NCBI GenBank assembly: GCA_903944345.1
Contig: CAJARJ010000009.1
Span: 1,875-65,874 of the forward strand
DNA length: 64,000 nucleotides
From: Candidatus Omnitrophota bacterium
GTDB taxonomy: Bacteria > Omnitrophota > Gorgyraeia > Zapsychrales > Fredricksoniimonadaceae
Direction: 5' to 3'
The notes under the pieces were generated by a model that saw only the letters and a program-made list of their open reading frames with translations, did no database searches and was not told the origin of the DNA. Made by a program: the position numbers and the translations under genes. Positions 1 through 10,174 of the stretch are shown here, piece after piece; the stretch's first letter is position 1; each line of letters starts with the position of its first letter.

Positions 1-1717
1 CCATAACCTCAGACCCGGTTGAAAGCTTGAGAGCCTGCCGGGCATGATCCTGAACATCCGCATACCGCAAAGATCGCACCGCACGCTTAATAAGAGGAAT
101 GCTGGATGGCGACATGCTAAAAGAATCAACCCCCAACCCCAGAAGTATCGCGGCAAGTGTTGGATCAGAAGCCATTTCCCCGCACACACTAACCTTTATG
201 CCGGCATCATGAGCGGCACTGACAGTCCGCCTGATCAAACGCAAGACAGCCGGATGAGCAGGTTCATAAAAATGAGCCATCTTTTCATTCGCGCGGTCAA
301 CTGCCAAAGTATATTGAATCAAGTCATTGGTTCCAATAGAAAAGAAGTCAACTTCATGTGCCAGAACATCGGCAGTCATCGCCGCCGCCGGAACTTCAAT
401 CATAACCCCTACAGGCATGGCCTCGTTAAAAGGGATATTCTTATCGCGCAGGCGCTGCTTGACTCCCTTAAGAATCCCGTTAGCCGCGCGCAGTTCACCG
501 GCTCCCGCAATCATTGGATACATCATCATAATATTGCCGTGTGCCGATGCCCTCAGGATGGCACGAAGCTGGGTACGAAATATTTCCTGTTCTTCAAGGC
601 ACAACCGTATAGCCCGGGAACCAAGAAAAGGCATCATTTCCTTAGGTAACTGGATGCTGGAAATAAACTTGTCTCCTCCCAAGTCCAGAGTCCTTATGAC
701 CACTGGATGCGGGGCCATAGCAACAGCAATCTGGCGATAAGCATTGTACTGTTCTTCTTCGGATGGCAAATCCAGCCGGTTCATATAAAAAAATTCAGTT
801 CGATAAAGACCAATCCCCTGTGCGCCGTACTTCTGAACAGCCGGCAACTCGCCATAAAGCTCAAAATTGGCCAACAACTTGACTTCATGCAAATCGGTCG
901 TCTCGGCAGGAGAATTGACAATATTATGGAACAGCCCCTCGAGCTTGGAGATTTTTTCTTTTTCTCTCTGGTAAAGACGCTTCGTTTCCTCGGTGGGATT
1001 GACGATAACCACACCTTTGCGGCCGTCGATGATCACCTCATCCTGATTGCTGATGCGCAAAGTTGCATCCTTGAGCCCAAGCACAGCAGGAACCCCTAAT
1101 GACTTGGCGATAATCGCGGTATGTGCCGTCTGGCCACCAATATCAGTCAGAAAAGCCAGGACTTTTTTGTTGTACATGCTGACCGCATCAGAGGGGGAAA
1201 TATCATGGGCCACAACAACAATATCCCCTGCCAGAACATCCAGATCATGCAGATGCGATTCACCCATAAGATGCTTGAGAACGCGGCGACCTATATCAGA
1301 AACATCAGCAGAACGTTCCTTGATATAATTATCCTGAATCTTTTCGAAAATTTCGATATAGCGCTTGAGGATACGCGAAAAAGCGTACTCAACACAAATC
1401 TTGTCCTGGCGGATGCTTTTCTTGACTTCATCAATAAGCATACAGTCTTCAAGAACCAGCAAATGGGCATCAAAAATCTGGGCATCGGTACCACCGACTT
1501 CCCGGGAAATCTTTTCCTTGATGTTCTGGATCTCCAACTTGGTATGCATGATCGCCTCATCGAAACGGGCAATCTCGACCACAATCTCCTCGTTAAGAAT
1601 AGTTCGTTCGGGAACAATAAAGTCCTGATGATCCAACAAAAACGCAGGCCCCTGAGCTATACCAGGAGCCGCCGCAATCCCTTTAAGAACCCATTCTGAC
1701 TTATTCTTCTTTGCCAA
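1..1717 (-). CDS. ptsI: Phosphoenolpyruvate-protein phosphotransferase (PTS enzyme I), 3' end runs off the window
   Basis: Not in the ORF track because there is no stop inside the window. Manual translation from TTG at 1717 (GGAGG RBS upstream) gives [23 protein letters not shown]...[12 protein letters not shown], typical of the EI N-terminus. Lies immediately downstream of HPr. Confidence 0.93.
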   Translation of the reverse strand, partial: MAKKNKSEWVLKGIAAAPGIAQGPAFLLDHQDFIVPERTILNEEIVVEIARFDEAIMHTKLEIQNIKEKISREVGGTDAQIFDAHLLVLEDCMLIDEVKKSIRQDKICVEYAFSRILKRYIEIFEKIQDNYIKERSADVSDIGRRVLKHLMGESHLHDLDVLAGDIVVVAHDISPSDAVSMYNKKVLAFLTDIGGQTAHTAIIAKSLGVPAVLGLKDATLRISNQDEVIIDGRKGVVIVNPTEETKRLYQREKEKISKLEGLFHNIVNSPAETTDLHEVKLLANFELYGELPAVQKYGAQGIGLYRTEFFYMNRLDLPSEEEQYNAYRQIAVAMAPHPVVIRTLDLGGDKFISSIQLPKEMMPFLGSRAIRLCLEEQEIFRTQLRAILRASAHGNIMMMYPMIAGAGELRAANGILKGVKQRLRDKNIPFNEAMPVGVMIEVPAAAMTADVLAHEVDFFSIGTNDLIQYTLAVDRANEKMAHFYEPAHPAVLRLIRRTVSAAHDAGIKVSVCGEMASDPTLAAILLGLGVDSFSMSPSSIPLIKRAVRSLRYADVQDHARQALKLSTGSEVM

Positions 1718-1964
1718 GAAAAGCCTCCAGTTCCATGAACGCCTGATCAGCATCCGGCCCCTCAACTCGCAAAACAATCTCACAACCGTTATCAGCCCCA
1801 AGCATTAATATACCCATGATTGACTTGCCATTAATGTCTTCATTATCCTTTGTAACCGTAACCGTCGACTGGTAACGATTGGCAATCTGCACAAACATGG
1901 CCGCTGGACGAGCATGCAGGCCTTGACGACTTTTAACAATCACTTTTTGCTCAAGTATGGGCAT
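1701..1964 (-). CDS. ptsH: HPr phosphocarrier protein
   Basis: GLHARPAA (His15) and KSIMGILML (Ser46) motifs; ATG at 1964 with AAGG upstream. Confidence 0.95.
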   Translation of the reverse strand: MPILEQKVIVKSRQGLHARPAAMFVQIANRYQSTVTVTKDNEDINGKSIMGILMLGADNGCEIVLRVEGPDADQAFMELEAFLGKEE

Positions 1965-1973
1965 AAACACACC

Positions 1974-3218
1974 TTATCGACGGATAACCGGTCGTTTTTC
2001 AATAACCTTGATCAAAGCCTGTGTCAGCTTATGCGCGTCATGACGCACATAATCAAAAATCCCGACCACATCTTCAGAGAAAACAAGATACCCCAAAGAA
2101 CGAATCGCGTCAACATCAGCCGCAACCGGGAATGAATTCTCATTCTTATAACGCTCCAGTGCCTCAGGAACACTAATCGTTGTTGAATTGAGCAAAACCG
2201 CATCAAGGATGTCCGGACGAGTGTGCTTGACAATCGCACGAACATGGTCAGCCGCTGATAACCCTTCGGTCTCCCCGGGCTGCGTCATGACATTACATAT
2301 ATAAATCTTGAAAGCCTTTGATGCGGCAAGAGCTTCCGATATCCCTTTGATAACAAGATTCGGAATAACACTTGTATAGAGACTTCCTGGACCCAAAATG
2401 ATGACATCGGCCTCTTCCAGAGCTTTTAACGCCTCGGCAGTGGGTGCAACATCCAGCGGCTTGAGAAATAGCTGGTCTATTTTTACGCCGGGACGAGGAA
2501 TTGAAGCCTCTCCTTCGGTAATACGTCCGTCACAATAACGAGCTACCAGGTGCACATTGTCCACGGTTGAAGGGACAACTTTACCTCTTATCGCCAGGAC
2601 ATGACTGGTCAGTTCAACAGCACGCTGAAAATCTCTGCCGGCAACCTCATAAAGCGCAGTCAGAAAAAGATTACCAAAATTATGTCCTTTAAGCTCGGAG
2701 CGTTCAGGAAAACGATACTGAAAAAGGTCTCCCATCAACGCCGGGGCATCCGCCAGGGCAACCAGACAATTACGAATATCTCCAGGGGCGACAATATTAA
2801 ACTGCTCTCGCAAACGCCCCGAAGAACCACCGCTGTCGGCGACCGTAACAATCGCCGTGATATTGGCAGAATATTCTTTCAATGCCAGCAACAAATTGGA
2901 AAGCCCGTGGCCTCCTCCGATAGCAACAATCTTCGGGCCACGCTCAAGAAAACGCTTCTGATACAAAATATCGACAAGATCCTTGTCTTTCTGAGGCATC
3001 AAAAGAGAAACAAGGGACACCGCCATTTTGACAATGCCGATAACAATAAAAACAAGACCGCATGAAATAATAATGAAACCAAAGAGGCTAACGAAACGAT
3101 AGGGGCTGGCGACAAAATACGAACCGGCAGAAACAACAAGAACACCAAGCAATGCCGCCAAAAGCCAACGCTTGACTTGCATCCCAGGATAAAACCACTT
3201 TAAAAATTTTTTGGACAT
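1974..3218 (-). CDS. yvcK: YvcK/GlmR-family (UPF0052) gluconeogenesis factor with N-terminal transmembrane helices
   Basis: IVAIGGGHGLS, DSGGSSGRLR, PGDIRNCL, GHNFGNLFL and GPGSLYTSVIPNL motifs. Confidence 0.9.
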   Translation of the reverse strand: MSKKFLKWFYPGMQVKRWLLAALLGVLVVSAGSYFVASPYRFVSLFGFIIISCGLVFIVIGIVKMAVSLVSLLMPQKDKDLVDILYQKRFLERGPKIVAIGGGHGLSNLLLALKEYSANITAIVTVADSGGSSGRLREQFNIVAPGDIRNCLVALADAPALMGDLFQYRFPERSELKGHNFGNLFLTALYEVAGRDFQRAVELTSHVLAIRGKVVPSTVDNVHLVARYCDGRITEGEASIPRPGVKIDQLFLKPLDVAPTAEALKALEEADVIILGPGSLYTSVIPNLVIKGISEALAASKAFKIYICNVMTQPGETEGLSAADHVRAIVKHTRPDILDAVLLNSTTISVPEALERYKNENSFPVAADVDAIRSLGYLVFSEDVVGIFDYVRHDAHKLTQALIKVIEKRPVIRR

Positions 3219-3282
3219 TTAGCTCTTCAAACCCGGACCAGAAAAGATAAAAACGGCAAGGGCAATGAAACGCATGCTATGA

Positions 3283-3753
3283 CTAATTTAAACGGGCGTC
3301 CTCACGAGAAATAAGATCGAGAATGTCCTTCCTGTCTTTGACAGCACGCAAGCTATCACGGAAATACTTGTCTTTCAAAAGACGGGAAACTCTGGCCAAA
3401 GCCTTCAAGTGGGGACCAGCAGAGTCTACGGGGGCAGCCAGGATAAAGAAAATATGAGCAGGCTCACCATCTAAAGCATCAAAATCAATCCCCTTTTTGC
3501 TGATACCCAGACCAGCTATTAATTTATCAACACAATCGGTCTTGCCATGAGGGATAGCAATCCCCTGTCCAATAGCTGTGGAACCAAGGGCTTCTCTGGC
3601 CATAAAAACATCAATGATCTTGTTCTTGTTCTTTTTTTCGAAAGCTCCTGCCTCTACCATCATCGAAGTCATCTCTTCAATCAACTCTTTTTTAGTAGTA
3701 GCTTTCAGATCCGCAGTGACTGCATCAGCACAAAGAAAATCAAGAATCTTCAT
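3283..3753 (-). CDS. PTS EIIA component (Fru/Ntr type, PtsN-like)
   Basis: REALGSTAIGQGIAIPHGK, FDALDGEP and HLKALARVSRLL motifs. Confidence 0.92.
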   Translation of the reverse strand: MKILDFLCADAVTADLKATTKKELIEEMTSMMVEAGAFEKKNKNKIIDVFMAREALGSTAIGQGIAIPHGKTDCVDKLIAGLGISKKGIDFDALDGEPAHIFFILAAPVDSAGPHLKALARVSRLLKDKYFRDSLRAVKDRKDILDLISREDARLN

Positions 3754-3785
3754 ATATCTGAACTTCTCCTTTAAATTAAAATAAA

Positions 3786-3859
3786 AGCGGCGGAAGGGGC
3801 TCGAACCCTCGACATCGACCTTGGCAAGGTCGCATTCTAGCCAACTGAATTACCGCCGC
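3786..3859 (-). tRNA. tRNA-Gly(GCC)
   Basis: GCGGCGG/CCGCCGC acceptor stem, anticodon arm CGACC-TTGCCAA-GGTCG, GGTTCGAG T-loop; CCA not encoded. Confidence 0.95.
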
Positions 3860-3954
3860 ATAAAAGACTAAATGAATAATGAAATTAGAAATTTATTCTA
3901 GCATCAACATCAATCATGTCAACATAAAGAAAGAATAAGCTTTGTTACTGATAA

Positions 3955-4036
3955 TGGGCGAGAGAGGACTTGAACCTCCATGAGTTGCCTCACCAGATCC
4001 TAAGTCTGGCGCGTCTGCCAGTTTCGCCACTCGCCC
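3955..4036 (-). tRNA. tRNA-Leu(TAG)
   Basis: GGGCGAG/CTCGCCC acceptor stem, CCAGA-CTTAGGA-TCTGG anticodon arm, long variable arm, GGTTCAAGTCC; CCA not encoded. Confidence 0.95.
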
Positions 4037-4069
4037 GCAGCAATACTTGAACGGCCAGAAAAAAAAGAG

Positions 4070-4142
4070 TGACCCACCCGCGACTCGAACGCGGCACACC
4101 AGCCTTAAAAGGGCTGTGCTCTACCAGATGAGCTAGTGGGTC
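4070..4142 (-). tRNA. tRNA-Lys(TTT)
   Basis: GACCCAC/GTGGGTC acceptor stem, CAGCC-CTTTTAA-GGCTG anticodon arm, GTTCGAGT T-loop; CCA not encoded. Confidence 0.93.
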
Positions 4143-4166
4143 TAATATTTAAAAGAACAAACAAAA

Positions 4167-4727
4167 TCAAAGAGTCAGCAATTCCTTATTTTTCCGTTCA
4201 AGCATCACGTCAACATCTTTAATAAAACGATCCGTCAACTTCTGAATATCTTCCTGGGCCTTGAAGCTCAAATCCTCGGAAACGGCACTGTCTTTATGCA
4301 GTTTAACAATACGCTCGTTGGCCTCGCGCCTGATTGTTCGCAAAGTGATCCTGCCCTTCTCGGCCATATCTTTCACAACCTTGGCCATTTCCTTGCGCCT
4401 TTCTTCAGAAAGAGGCGGGATGGACAAACGAATAACTTTGCCGTCATTGTTGGGGGTGATCCCCAGCTTTGAACCCAAAATAGCTTTTTCTATCTCAGCA
4501 AGAGCTGAAGGATCCCAAGCCTGAATAAGTAAAGTCGAAGGATCCGGAGACACCACACTGGCCACCTGTTTGACCGGAGTCATGGTGCCATAGTAGTCAA
4601 TATGCATATCCTCAACTAACGAAGGCTGGGCCCGTCCAGTCCGGACTTCGGCAAATTCGCGTGACAAAGCCTCTTCGGCTTTTTTCATTAAACTTTCAGT
4701 CTGCGAAATAACACCTTTTACCGGCAT
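4167..4727 (-). CDS. frr: Ribosome recycling factor
   Basis: VRTGRA, IPPLSEERRKE and IRREAN motifs; canonical rpsB-tsf-pyrH-frr synteny. Confidence 0.97.
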   Translation of the reverse strand: MPVKGVISQTESLMKKAEEALSREFAEVRTGRAQPSLVEDMHIDYYGTMTPVKQVASVVSPDPSTLLIQAWDPSALAEIEKAILGSKLGITPNNDGKVIRLSIPPLSEERRKEMAKVVKDMAEKGRITLRTIRREANERIVKLHKDSAVSEDLSFKAQEDIQKLTDRFIKDVDVMLERKNKELLTL

Positions 4728-4739
4728 AATCTCCCCCCC

Positions 4740-5462
4740 TTAACTGACAATCGTACCAATCGCTTCGCCGAGAGCAGCCTTTTTAATATTGCCTGTCTGA
4801 TTCAAATTAAAAACCAATATGGGCAAATTATTATCCATGCACATGCTGATAGCAGTTGAATCCATGACCTTCAAATCCTGATTTAGAACTTCGATAAATT
4901 TAAGTTTATCGTATTTCCTGGCATTCTTGTCTTTAAACGGATCTGCCGAATAAACACCGTCAACCTTCGTGGCCTTCATAATAATCTCGGCCTTAATTTC
5001 ACTTGCCCGCAAAGCCGCAGCAGTATCTGTCGTAAAAAATGGATTCCCGGTGCCCGCAACAAAAATAACGACCCGGCCTTTTTCCAGATGACGCATGGCC
5101 CGTCTGACAATATAAGGCTCAGCGACTTCCTTGATCTCAATTGCCGTCATGACTCTGGTGGGAACCCCCAACTGTTCCAGAGCATTCTGCAAGGCCAAAC
5201 CGTTGAGAACAGTAGCCAGCATCCCCATATAATCTGCAACAGACCGATCTAAACCGAATCTTTTTGTCTCAATGCCACCACGAAAAATATTGCCACCGCC
5301 TACGACAAGAGCAAGCTGAACCCCCATCTGCCAGACATCTCTTATCTGTGTAGCAAAAGAAACACAAGTATCAACATCAATGCCGTGTTCACTGGAACCC
5401 TGCAGAGCTTCACCGCTCAGTTTCAAGAGTATTCTTTTGTATGCAGGCGTTTCTTTAACCAC
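4740..5462 (-). CDS. pyrH: UMP kinase
   Basis: [22 protein letters not shown] and [17 protein letters not shown] motifs; GTG start at 5462 chosen to avoid overlapping tsf. Confidence 0.97.
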   Translation of the reverse strand: MVKETPAYKRILLKLSGEALQGSSEHGIDVDTCVSFATQIRDVWQMGVQLALVVGGGNIFRGGIETKRFGLDRSVADYMGMLATVLNGLALQNALEQLGVPTRVMTAIEIKEVAEPYIVRRAMRHLEKGRVVIFVAGTGNPFFTTDTAAALRASEIKAEIIMKATKVDGVYSADPFKDKNARKYDKLKFIEVLNQDLKVMDSTAISMCMDNNLPILVFNLNQTGNIKKAALGEAIGTIVS

Positions 5463-5481
5463 TTTACAGACCTTGTCTGGC

Positions 5482-6000
5482 TTATTCGCCGATCTTGAAA
5501 CGGATAAAACGTCCGACAACTATATTTTCACCCATCTTAGCAACCAATTCATTAAGCAAATCCTGAATGGTCTTTGACGGTTCCTTGACAAACGGCTGCT
5601 CAAGAAGAACAACCGTCTTGAAAAAGGCTTCTTTATCTTCCTCGGCAGATACCAGAGCCTCCGGGACATCTTCTCTGCGCACAAACTTGGGGGTCATGGC
5701 GGCAACGTGCATGGCCACTTCCTTAGCGAAAGCTGCAAACGCATCGTTACGAGCAACAAAATCAGTTTCGCAATTAACTTCGAGCAAAACACCTAACTTG
5801 TTACCGTTATGGATATAGGTTTCGATGCGACCTTCGTTGGCAACACGCGATGACTTCTTAAGCGCCATCTGTAAACCACGCTCACGTAAAATAGCTTTGG
5901 CCTTCTGCAAGTCACCGTTGGCTTCCGACAAAGCTTTTTTGCAATCAATAATACCGCAATTAGTTAATTCTCTGAGCTCTTTAATAGCATCCAACGACAT
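5482..6000 (-). CDS. tsf: Elongation factor Ts (short form, 172 aa)
   Basis: [29 protein letters not shown] and [12 protein letters not shown] motifs. Confidence 0.96.
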   Translation of the reverse strand: MSLDAIKELRELTNCGIIDCKKALSEANGDLQKAKAILRERGLQMALKKSSRVANEGRIETYIHNGNKLGVLLEVNCETDFVARNDAFAAFAKEVAMHVAAMTPKFVRREDVPEALVSAEEDKEAFFKTVVLLEQPFVKEPSKTIQDLLNELVAKMGENIVVGRFIRFKIGE

Positions 6001-6004
6001 CGTA

Positions 6005-6913
6005 TTACTCCCTTTCAGATCCCTTTTTAACCGGCTTCTTCAAATCTTTTGGCTTGGAAGCTGTAACTGACTCCACATAAACATCAAGATCAGGAGAAAG
6101 GCTCTCTTTGATAACCTCAGGAATCACGGTGTCTACGGCCACAACAGCAGCAGGATCTGCAGCAACGGCAACGCCCTCCGCCACAGTCTCCTGGGCAGGT
6201 TGGGATGCCTTTCCTTTGTCAGCACCAGAGAATTCTTTACGCCCTTCGATAATGCCATCAACAATGAATGATGTGATCAAACGGATCGACTTAACAGCAT
6301 CATCATTGGCCGGAACAGGGAAATTGATCAAATCCGGGTCACTGTTAGTGTCAATCATGGCAACAATCGGTATGCCTAAACGATTAGCTTCACGAACAGC
6401 AATCTCTTCTTTCTTGACATCGACAACAAACATAATATCCGGAGCACCGTTAAGATCACGAATACCACCCAGATCATTGACAAGACGCGACTTCTCTTTG
6501 TTAAGCAAAGAAACTTCTTTCTTGGTCAAACGAGAAAATGTCCCGTCCTTCTCCATACGCTCAATATCCTGAAGCTTGCGAATAGATTTCTTGACCGTGT
6601 CGAAATTTGTAAGCAATCCACCCATCCAACGGCTGTTCACATAAAACATACCCGCCCGAACCGCTTCATCGCGAACCACTTCCTGAGCCTGCTTTTTGGT
6701 GCCGACAAACAAGAACTTGGCCCCCTTGGCAGCAGCTCCGCGAACAAAGTCGCGGGCAAGATTAAGACAGTCGGCGGTCTGCTCGAGATCGATAATATAA
6801 ATCCCTCCGCGATCACCAAAAATGAACTTTTTCATCTTCGGATTCCAGCGACGGGTCTGGTGACCAAAATGCACTCCGGCTTCCAAAAGTTTCTTTACTA
6901 ATTCGGTAGTCAT
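6005..6913 (-). CDS. rpsB: 30S ribosomal protein S2
   Basis: [29 protein letters not shown] and DTNSDPD...PANDDA motifs; ATG at 6913 after AAGGAG. Confidence 0.98.
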   Translation of the reverse strand: MTTELVKKLLEAGVHFGHQTRRWNPKMKKFIFGDRGGIYIIDLEQTADCLNLARDFVRGAAAKGAKFLFVGTKKQAQEVVRDEAVRAGMFYVNSRWMGGLLTNFDTVKKSIRKLQDIERMEKDGTFSRLTKKEVSLLNKEKSRLVNDLGGIRDLNGAPDIMFVVDVKKEEIAVREANRLGIPIVAMIDTNSDPDLINFPVPANDDAVKSIRLITSFIVDGIIEGRKEFSGADKGKASQPAQETVAEGVAVAADPAAVVAVDTVIPEVIKESLSPDLDVYVESVTASKPKDLKKPVKKGSERE

Positions 6914-7109
6914 AAACATCTCCTTTTTTGCGTTACTGCCGTATCTGTTACAGAAGTGAAGGCAGTACGGTATTACCGATCGAGGATCGGCTGAAACACA
7001 GATTAACCTCACTTCGTTACGCTGAGCTGTGCTTCATTATTATGAAAAGCTCCGCACCTTGCGGAACAAAATTGTTGCCTAGTATAACCACATCTTTCAA
7101 AAAAAGCAA
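6914..7109 (-). promoter_or_regulatory. Putative sigma70 promoter and structured rpsB 5' leader
   Basis: TTGCTT(7109-7104)-17 nt-TATACT(7086-7081); a leader of about 160 nt with hairpins (CCGATC-CTC-GATCGG; TACTGCC...GGCAGTA). Structured rpsB leaders for S2 autoregulation are established in other bacteria. Confidence 0.55.
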
Positions 7110-7340
7110 TATTTTAATGTTTATTTGATTTAGATTACCTCGAACAGTTTTCGCCCGTTTCGTTAATCCCGGGAACCCACTTCGAGTTCTACCCACACGC
7201 TTCATGCAAGAACCATAAAATTATCAAAAATACTGCAAAACTTAATTCCATTCTTTTGACTTTAAGCAGCAGCTCTGATATTGTATCAATCAAATTTACC
7301 CGGACATATCGTTTCATACAGAACATCGCGGAAAGCTCCA

Positions 7341-8495
7341 ATGACGAATCGATCAACCCCACGATTTCTTGTTGTCGCCGGAGAAGAGTCCGGCGATATG
7401 CGCGCCGCCCCCCTGCTTAATGCCATCAAATCCGATTTCCCCAACGCCAGTTTCTTTGGAATCGCAGGAGAGCGCTGCCGAACAGAGGGCGTCGATCTCA
7501 TCGCTGACATCTCCACGCTTTCGGTCATGGGTTTTGTCGAAGTGCTCTACAATCTGCCGCGTATCAAGAACACGTTCGATCTTGTCCTGCGCGCCGCCAA
7601 GGAACGCAAACCGGATGCCGCCATACTGGTCGACTATCCGGGTTTCAATCTCCGTCTGGCGGCTGAACTGCATAAGCTCGGTATTAAAGTATTCTACTAT
7701 GTCAGCCCCCAGGTCTGGGCGTGGAAAGCTTCTCGAATCAAAATCATCAAAAAAGTAGTCGACCGCATGCTGGTTTTGTTCCCTTTTGAAAAAGAACTTT
7801 ACGCCCGCCACAATTATCAGGCCGACTTCGTCGGCCACCCGCTGATCGATGAAGTCCACGCCAGCAAAAACCGTGAAACCTTCCTTAAGGAATTAAAACT
7901 TGACCCGTCCACAAAGGTCGTTGGCCTTCTGCCTGGCTCTCGGCCGAAAGAACTGCATCGCCATCTGCCGGTCATGCTCAAAGCCGCTGCCATTATCAGA
8001 AATGAATTCCCCGAAAGCCAATTTCTCATCCTTAGAGCCAAAAACCTTCCCGAGGCTGCATTCGCAGAATTCATTGCTTCCTCGCCAACGCCAGTAAAGG
8101 TATCGACCGACTATTATAATGCGCTCAACGCCTGTGATGTAACCATGACTGCTTCCGGAACAGCAACCCTGGAAACAGCCCTTATGGAAAAACCTATGGT
8201 AGTTATTTATCAAACCGCATGGTTAACCAGTGTCATTGTCCGATTACTAATCAAAATCCCCTATATCTCTCTTGTCAATATCGTGGCCGGGAAGAAAATA
8301 GTCACTGAACTCCTGCAGGAAAAAGCCTCCCCGGAAAATATCGCCAGCATATTGCTGGACTACCTGCGCGATAATCAGAAAGCAAAAGAAATCAGCCGGG
8401 AAATGCAAATCATTCGGGGAAAACTCGGAGAAAGCGGCGCCAGTAAACGAGCGGCCCGTGTAATATTCGAAGAAATGACAAAAACCAGAGCCTGA
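7341..8495 (+). CDS. lpxB: Lipid-A-disaccharide synthase
   Basis: VAGEESGD, VDYPGFNLRLA, YYVSPQVWAW, FVGHPL, LLPGSR and ASGTATLE motifs. Confidence 0.96.
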   Translation: MTNRSTPRFLVVAGEESGDMRAAPLLNAIKSDFPNASFFGIAGERCRTEGVDLIADISTLSVMGFVEVLYNLPRIKNTFDLVLRAAKERKPDAAILVDYPGFNLRLAAELHKLGIKVFYYVSPQVWAWKASRIKIIKKVVDRMLVLFPFEKELYARHNYQADFVGHPLIDEVHASKNRETFLKELKLDPSTKVVGLLPGSRPKELHRHLPVMLKAAAIIRNEFPESQFLILRAKNLPEAAFAEFIASSPTPVKVSTDYYNALNACDVTMTASGTATLETALMEKPMVVIYQTAWLTSVIVRLLIKIPYISLVNIVAGKKIVTELLQEKASPENIASILLDYLRDNQKAKEISREMQIIRGKLGESGASKRAARVIFEEMTKTRA

Positions 8496-8513
8496 AACCC
8501 GACCACCAGAACG

Positions 8514-8846
8514 CTACTGCCTGAAAAACGCTTCCAGACGAGTCTGGTGTGTATCATCCATCTTGGTAAAATAAATCGCAATTCCCTCACCAGGGGCAAT
8601 ACGTGAAACCCGGGCATGTCCCTGAATGAAATCCCTTGGATCACGCGGAGCAAGCCGGATAACAAAACCCACCAAATCGTTTAATTCCAGATACACACTG
8701 TTCTTGATTGTGATAAAAGCACTTTTAGGAGAAATATCTTTCAACTGCCCCTGCAGGGTCAGTTGCGAACCGATTGTGATCTGCACAGGATAATCCGCAT
8801 TGACACGAGAATCTCCTCGCTGCTCATTAAAAGAAGACGGATTCAT
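8514..8846 (-). CDS. Stand-alone PilZ-domain protein
   Basis: RxxxR motif (RGDSR) and DIS motif, 110 aa, ends GIAIYF...L..F. Confidence 0.8.
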   Translation of the reverse strand: MNPSSFNEQRGDSRVNADYPVQITIGSQLTLQGQLKDISPKSAFITIKNSVYLELNDLVGFVIRLAPRDPRDFIQGHARVSRIAPGEGIAIYFTKMDDTHQTRLEAFFRQ

Positions 8847-8975
8847 CAGTTGCTCCCTGCTTTTATAAGCTTTATTTCGGGTTCGCTTAAACCCGAATTG
8901 TGCAATAGCCGCTCAATAACGAAAGTGACTTTGGAAGTATAACATTTCAAAAGCATCGCTGCATAAAAATCGCTT

Positions 8976-10067
8976 TTATGTACTCACCTCGCGCAAGAAC
9001 CGCGACTTCCACTGACTCTCGGCCCATTCCCCTTCAGGCGTGGAGTCCCACACAATGCCACCGCCTACGCCCATCTCCCCGTGCCCGTCTTTGACCAGTA
9101 AAGTTCGTATCGGAACATTAAACATCATATCCCTCTGCGGCGATATCCATCCTATTGCCCCGGTATACACTTTTCTTGGGCCAGGCTCGATTCGACGAAT
9201 AATCTTCATGGCCTCGACCTTGGGAGCCCCGGTTACAGATCCCGATGGGAAAAGGGCGCGCAGAAGTTCACTCAGCGGGATATTTTGGGGAACCTGCGCA
9301 TCAACTGTCGAAGTCATCTGAAAAATCGTACGATAGCCGGAAACTTCAAAAAGACGCGGAACATTAACCCCCCGGCCGATACGCCCAAGATCATTACGCA
9401 ATAAATCTGTGATCATCAGGTTCTCCGCACGATTCTTGGCATCAAAGTGCAGCCTTATTCCCCCCAATAAGGCGGAGATTAGCCCTTCGCGCGGCCAGGA
9501 TCCTTTCATTGGCCTAGTGCGCAAATGACTGCCTTTTTTACATACAAACAACTCGGGGGAAAGGGAAAGAACGGTTCCAAACGCAGTCTCCAGATAAGCT
9601 GCATAGGGAACCGGCTGACGCCGCAACAAGCTTCGATAAAGCGCGTAATGTGATCCCCGGACATCAAACAGATATTTCAGACAAAATGTAACCTGGTACA
9701 CATCCCCATCGAGTATATGCCCCCGAATAAGTCCAATATCCCGAAAATACTGTTCTTTGGAAATATCCGGACGCAATCCGGTTACATCAAATAAAGCAGA
9801 CTTTGACACAGCTGGAAGCCAGGACGGTGCAGAAAAGACTCCAAGCGACAAAAGAGGGAAGTCTCCGTGACAAAGGCTGGTAAGACACGGTTCGAGAGCA
9901 TAACCGGCTTCATAGGAAAGAAAGCCGGCAAGAAAATACCCTTTCTGCAAAGCCTGTTCGGCAGAGGCCAGACACAACGGCAACTGCTGCGGCGAATCGC
10001 AGGTAATAATCCTATGCGGCCGCTCAAACAAAAGAGAAGAACCTTCAAACTCTGTAATAATCCGCAC
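8976..10067 (-). CDS. pabB: Aminodeoxychorismate synthase component I (chorismate-binding, PabB-like)
   Basis: GDVYQV, SLSPELF, TRPMKGS, KNRAENLMITDLLRNDLGR, FPSGSVTGAPK and GGGIVWDS motifs. Confidence 0.85.
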   Translation of the reverse strand: MRIITEFEGSSLLFERPHRIITCDSPQQLPLCLASAEQALQKGYFLAGFLSYEAGYALEPCLTSLCHGDFPLLSLGVFSAPSWLPAVSKSALFDVTGLRPDISKEQYFRDIGLIRGHILDGDVYQVTFCLKYLFDVRGSHYALYRSLLRRQPVPYAAYLETAFGTVLSLSPELFVCKKGSHLRTRPMKGSWPREGLISALLGGIRLHFDAKNRAENLMITDLLRNDLGRIGRGVNVPRLFEVSGYRTIFQMTSTVDAQVPQNIPLSELLRALFPSGSVTGAPKVEAMKIIRRIEPGPRKVYTGAIGWISPQRDMMFNVPIRTLLVKDGHGEMGVGGGIVWDSTPEGEWAESQWKSRFLREVST

Positions 10068-10174
10068 AAAAGAACACCCCTTCCCTTATCAGGGTCTGGA
10101 TGCCTGCCCGTGCAGCACAGGAAAGCTGGACATAACCCGAGCCAGTCAAAACCTTCCTGCAGGAAGCAGGAAAA

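Noticed and set aside
1683-1694. ATG at 1694 reads Met-Gly-Ser-stop, suggesting a frameshifted ptsI
   Set aside because: The ptsI frame is open up to a TTG at 1717 with a GGAGG RBS, so no frameshift is needed.
44-1699. Plus-strand ORFs of 130-201 aa
   Set aside because: Antisense shadows of ptsI, which the ORF track missed because it has no stop inside the window.
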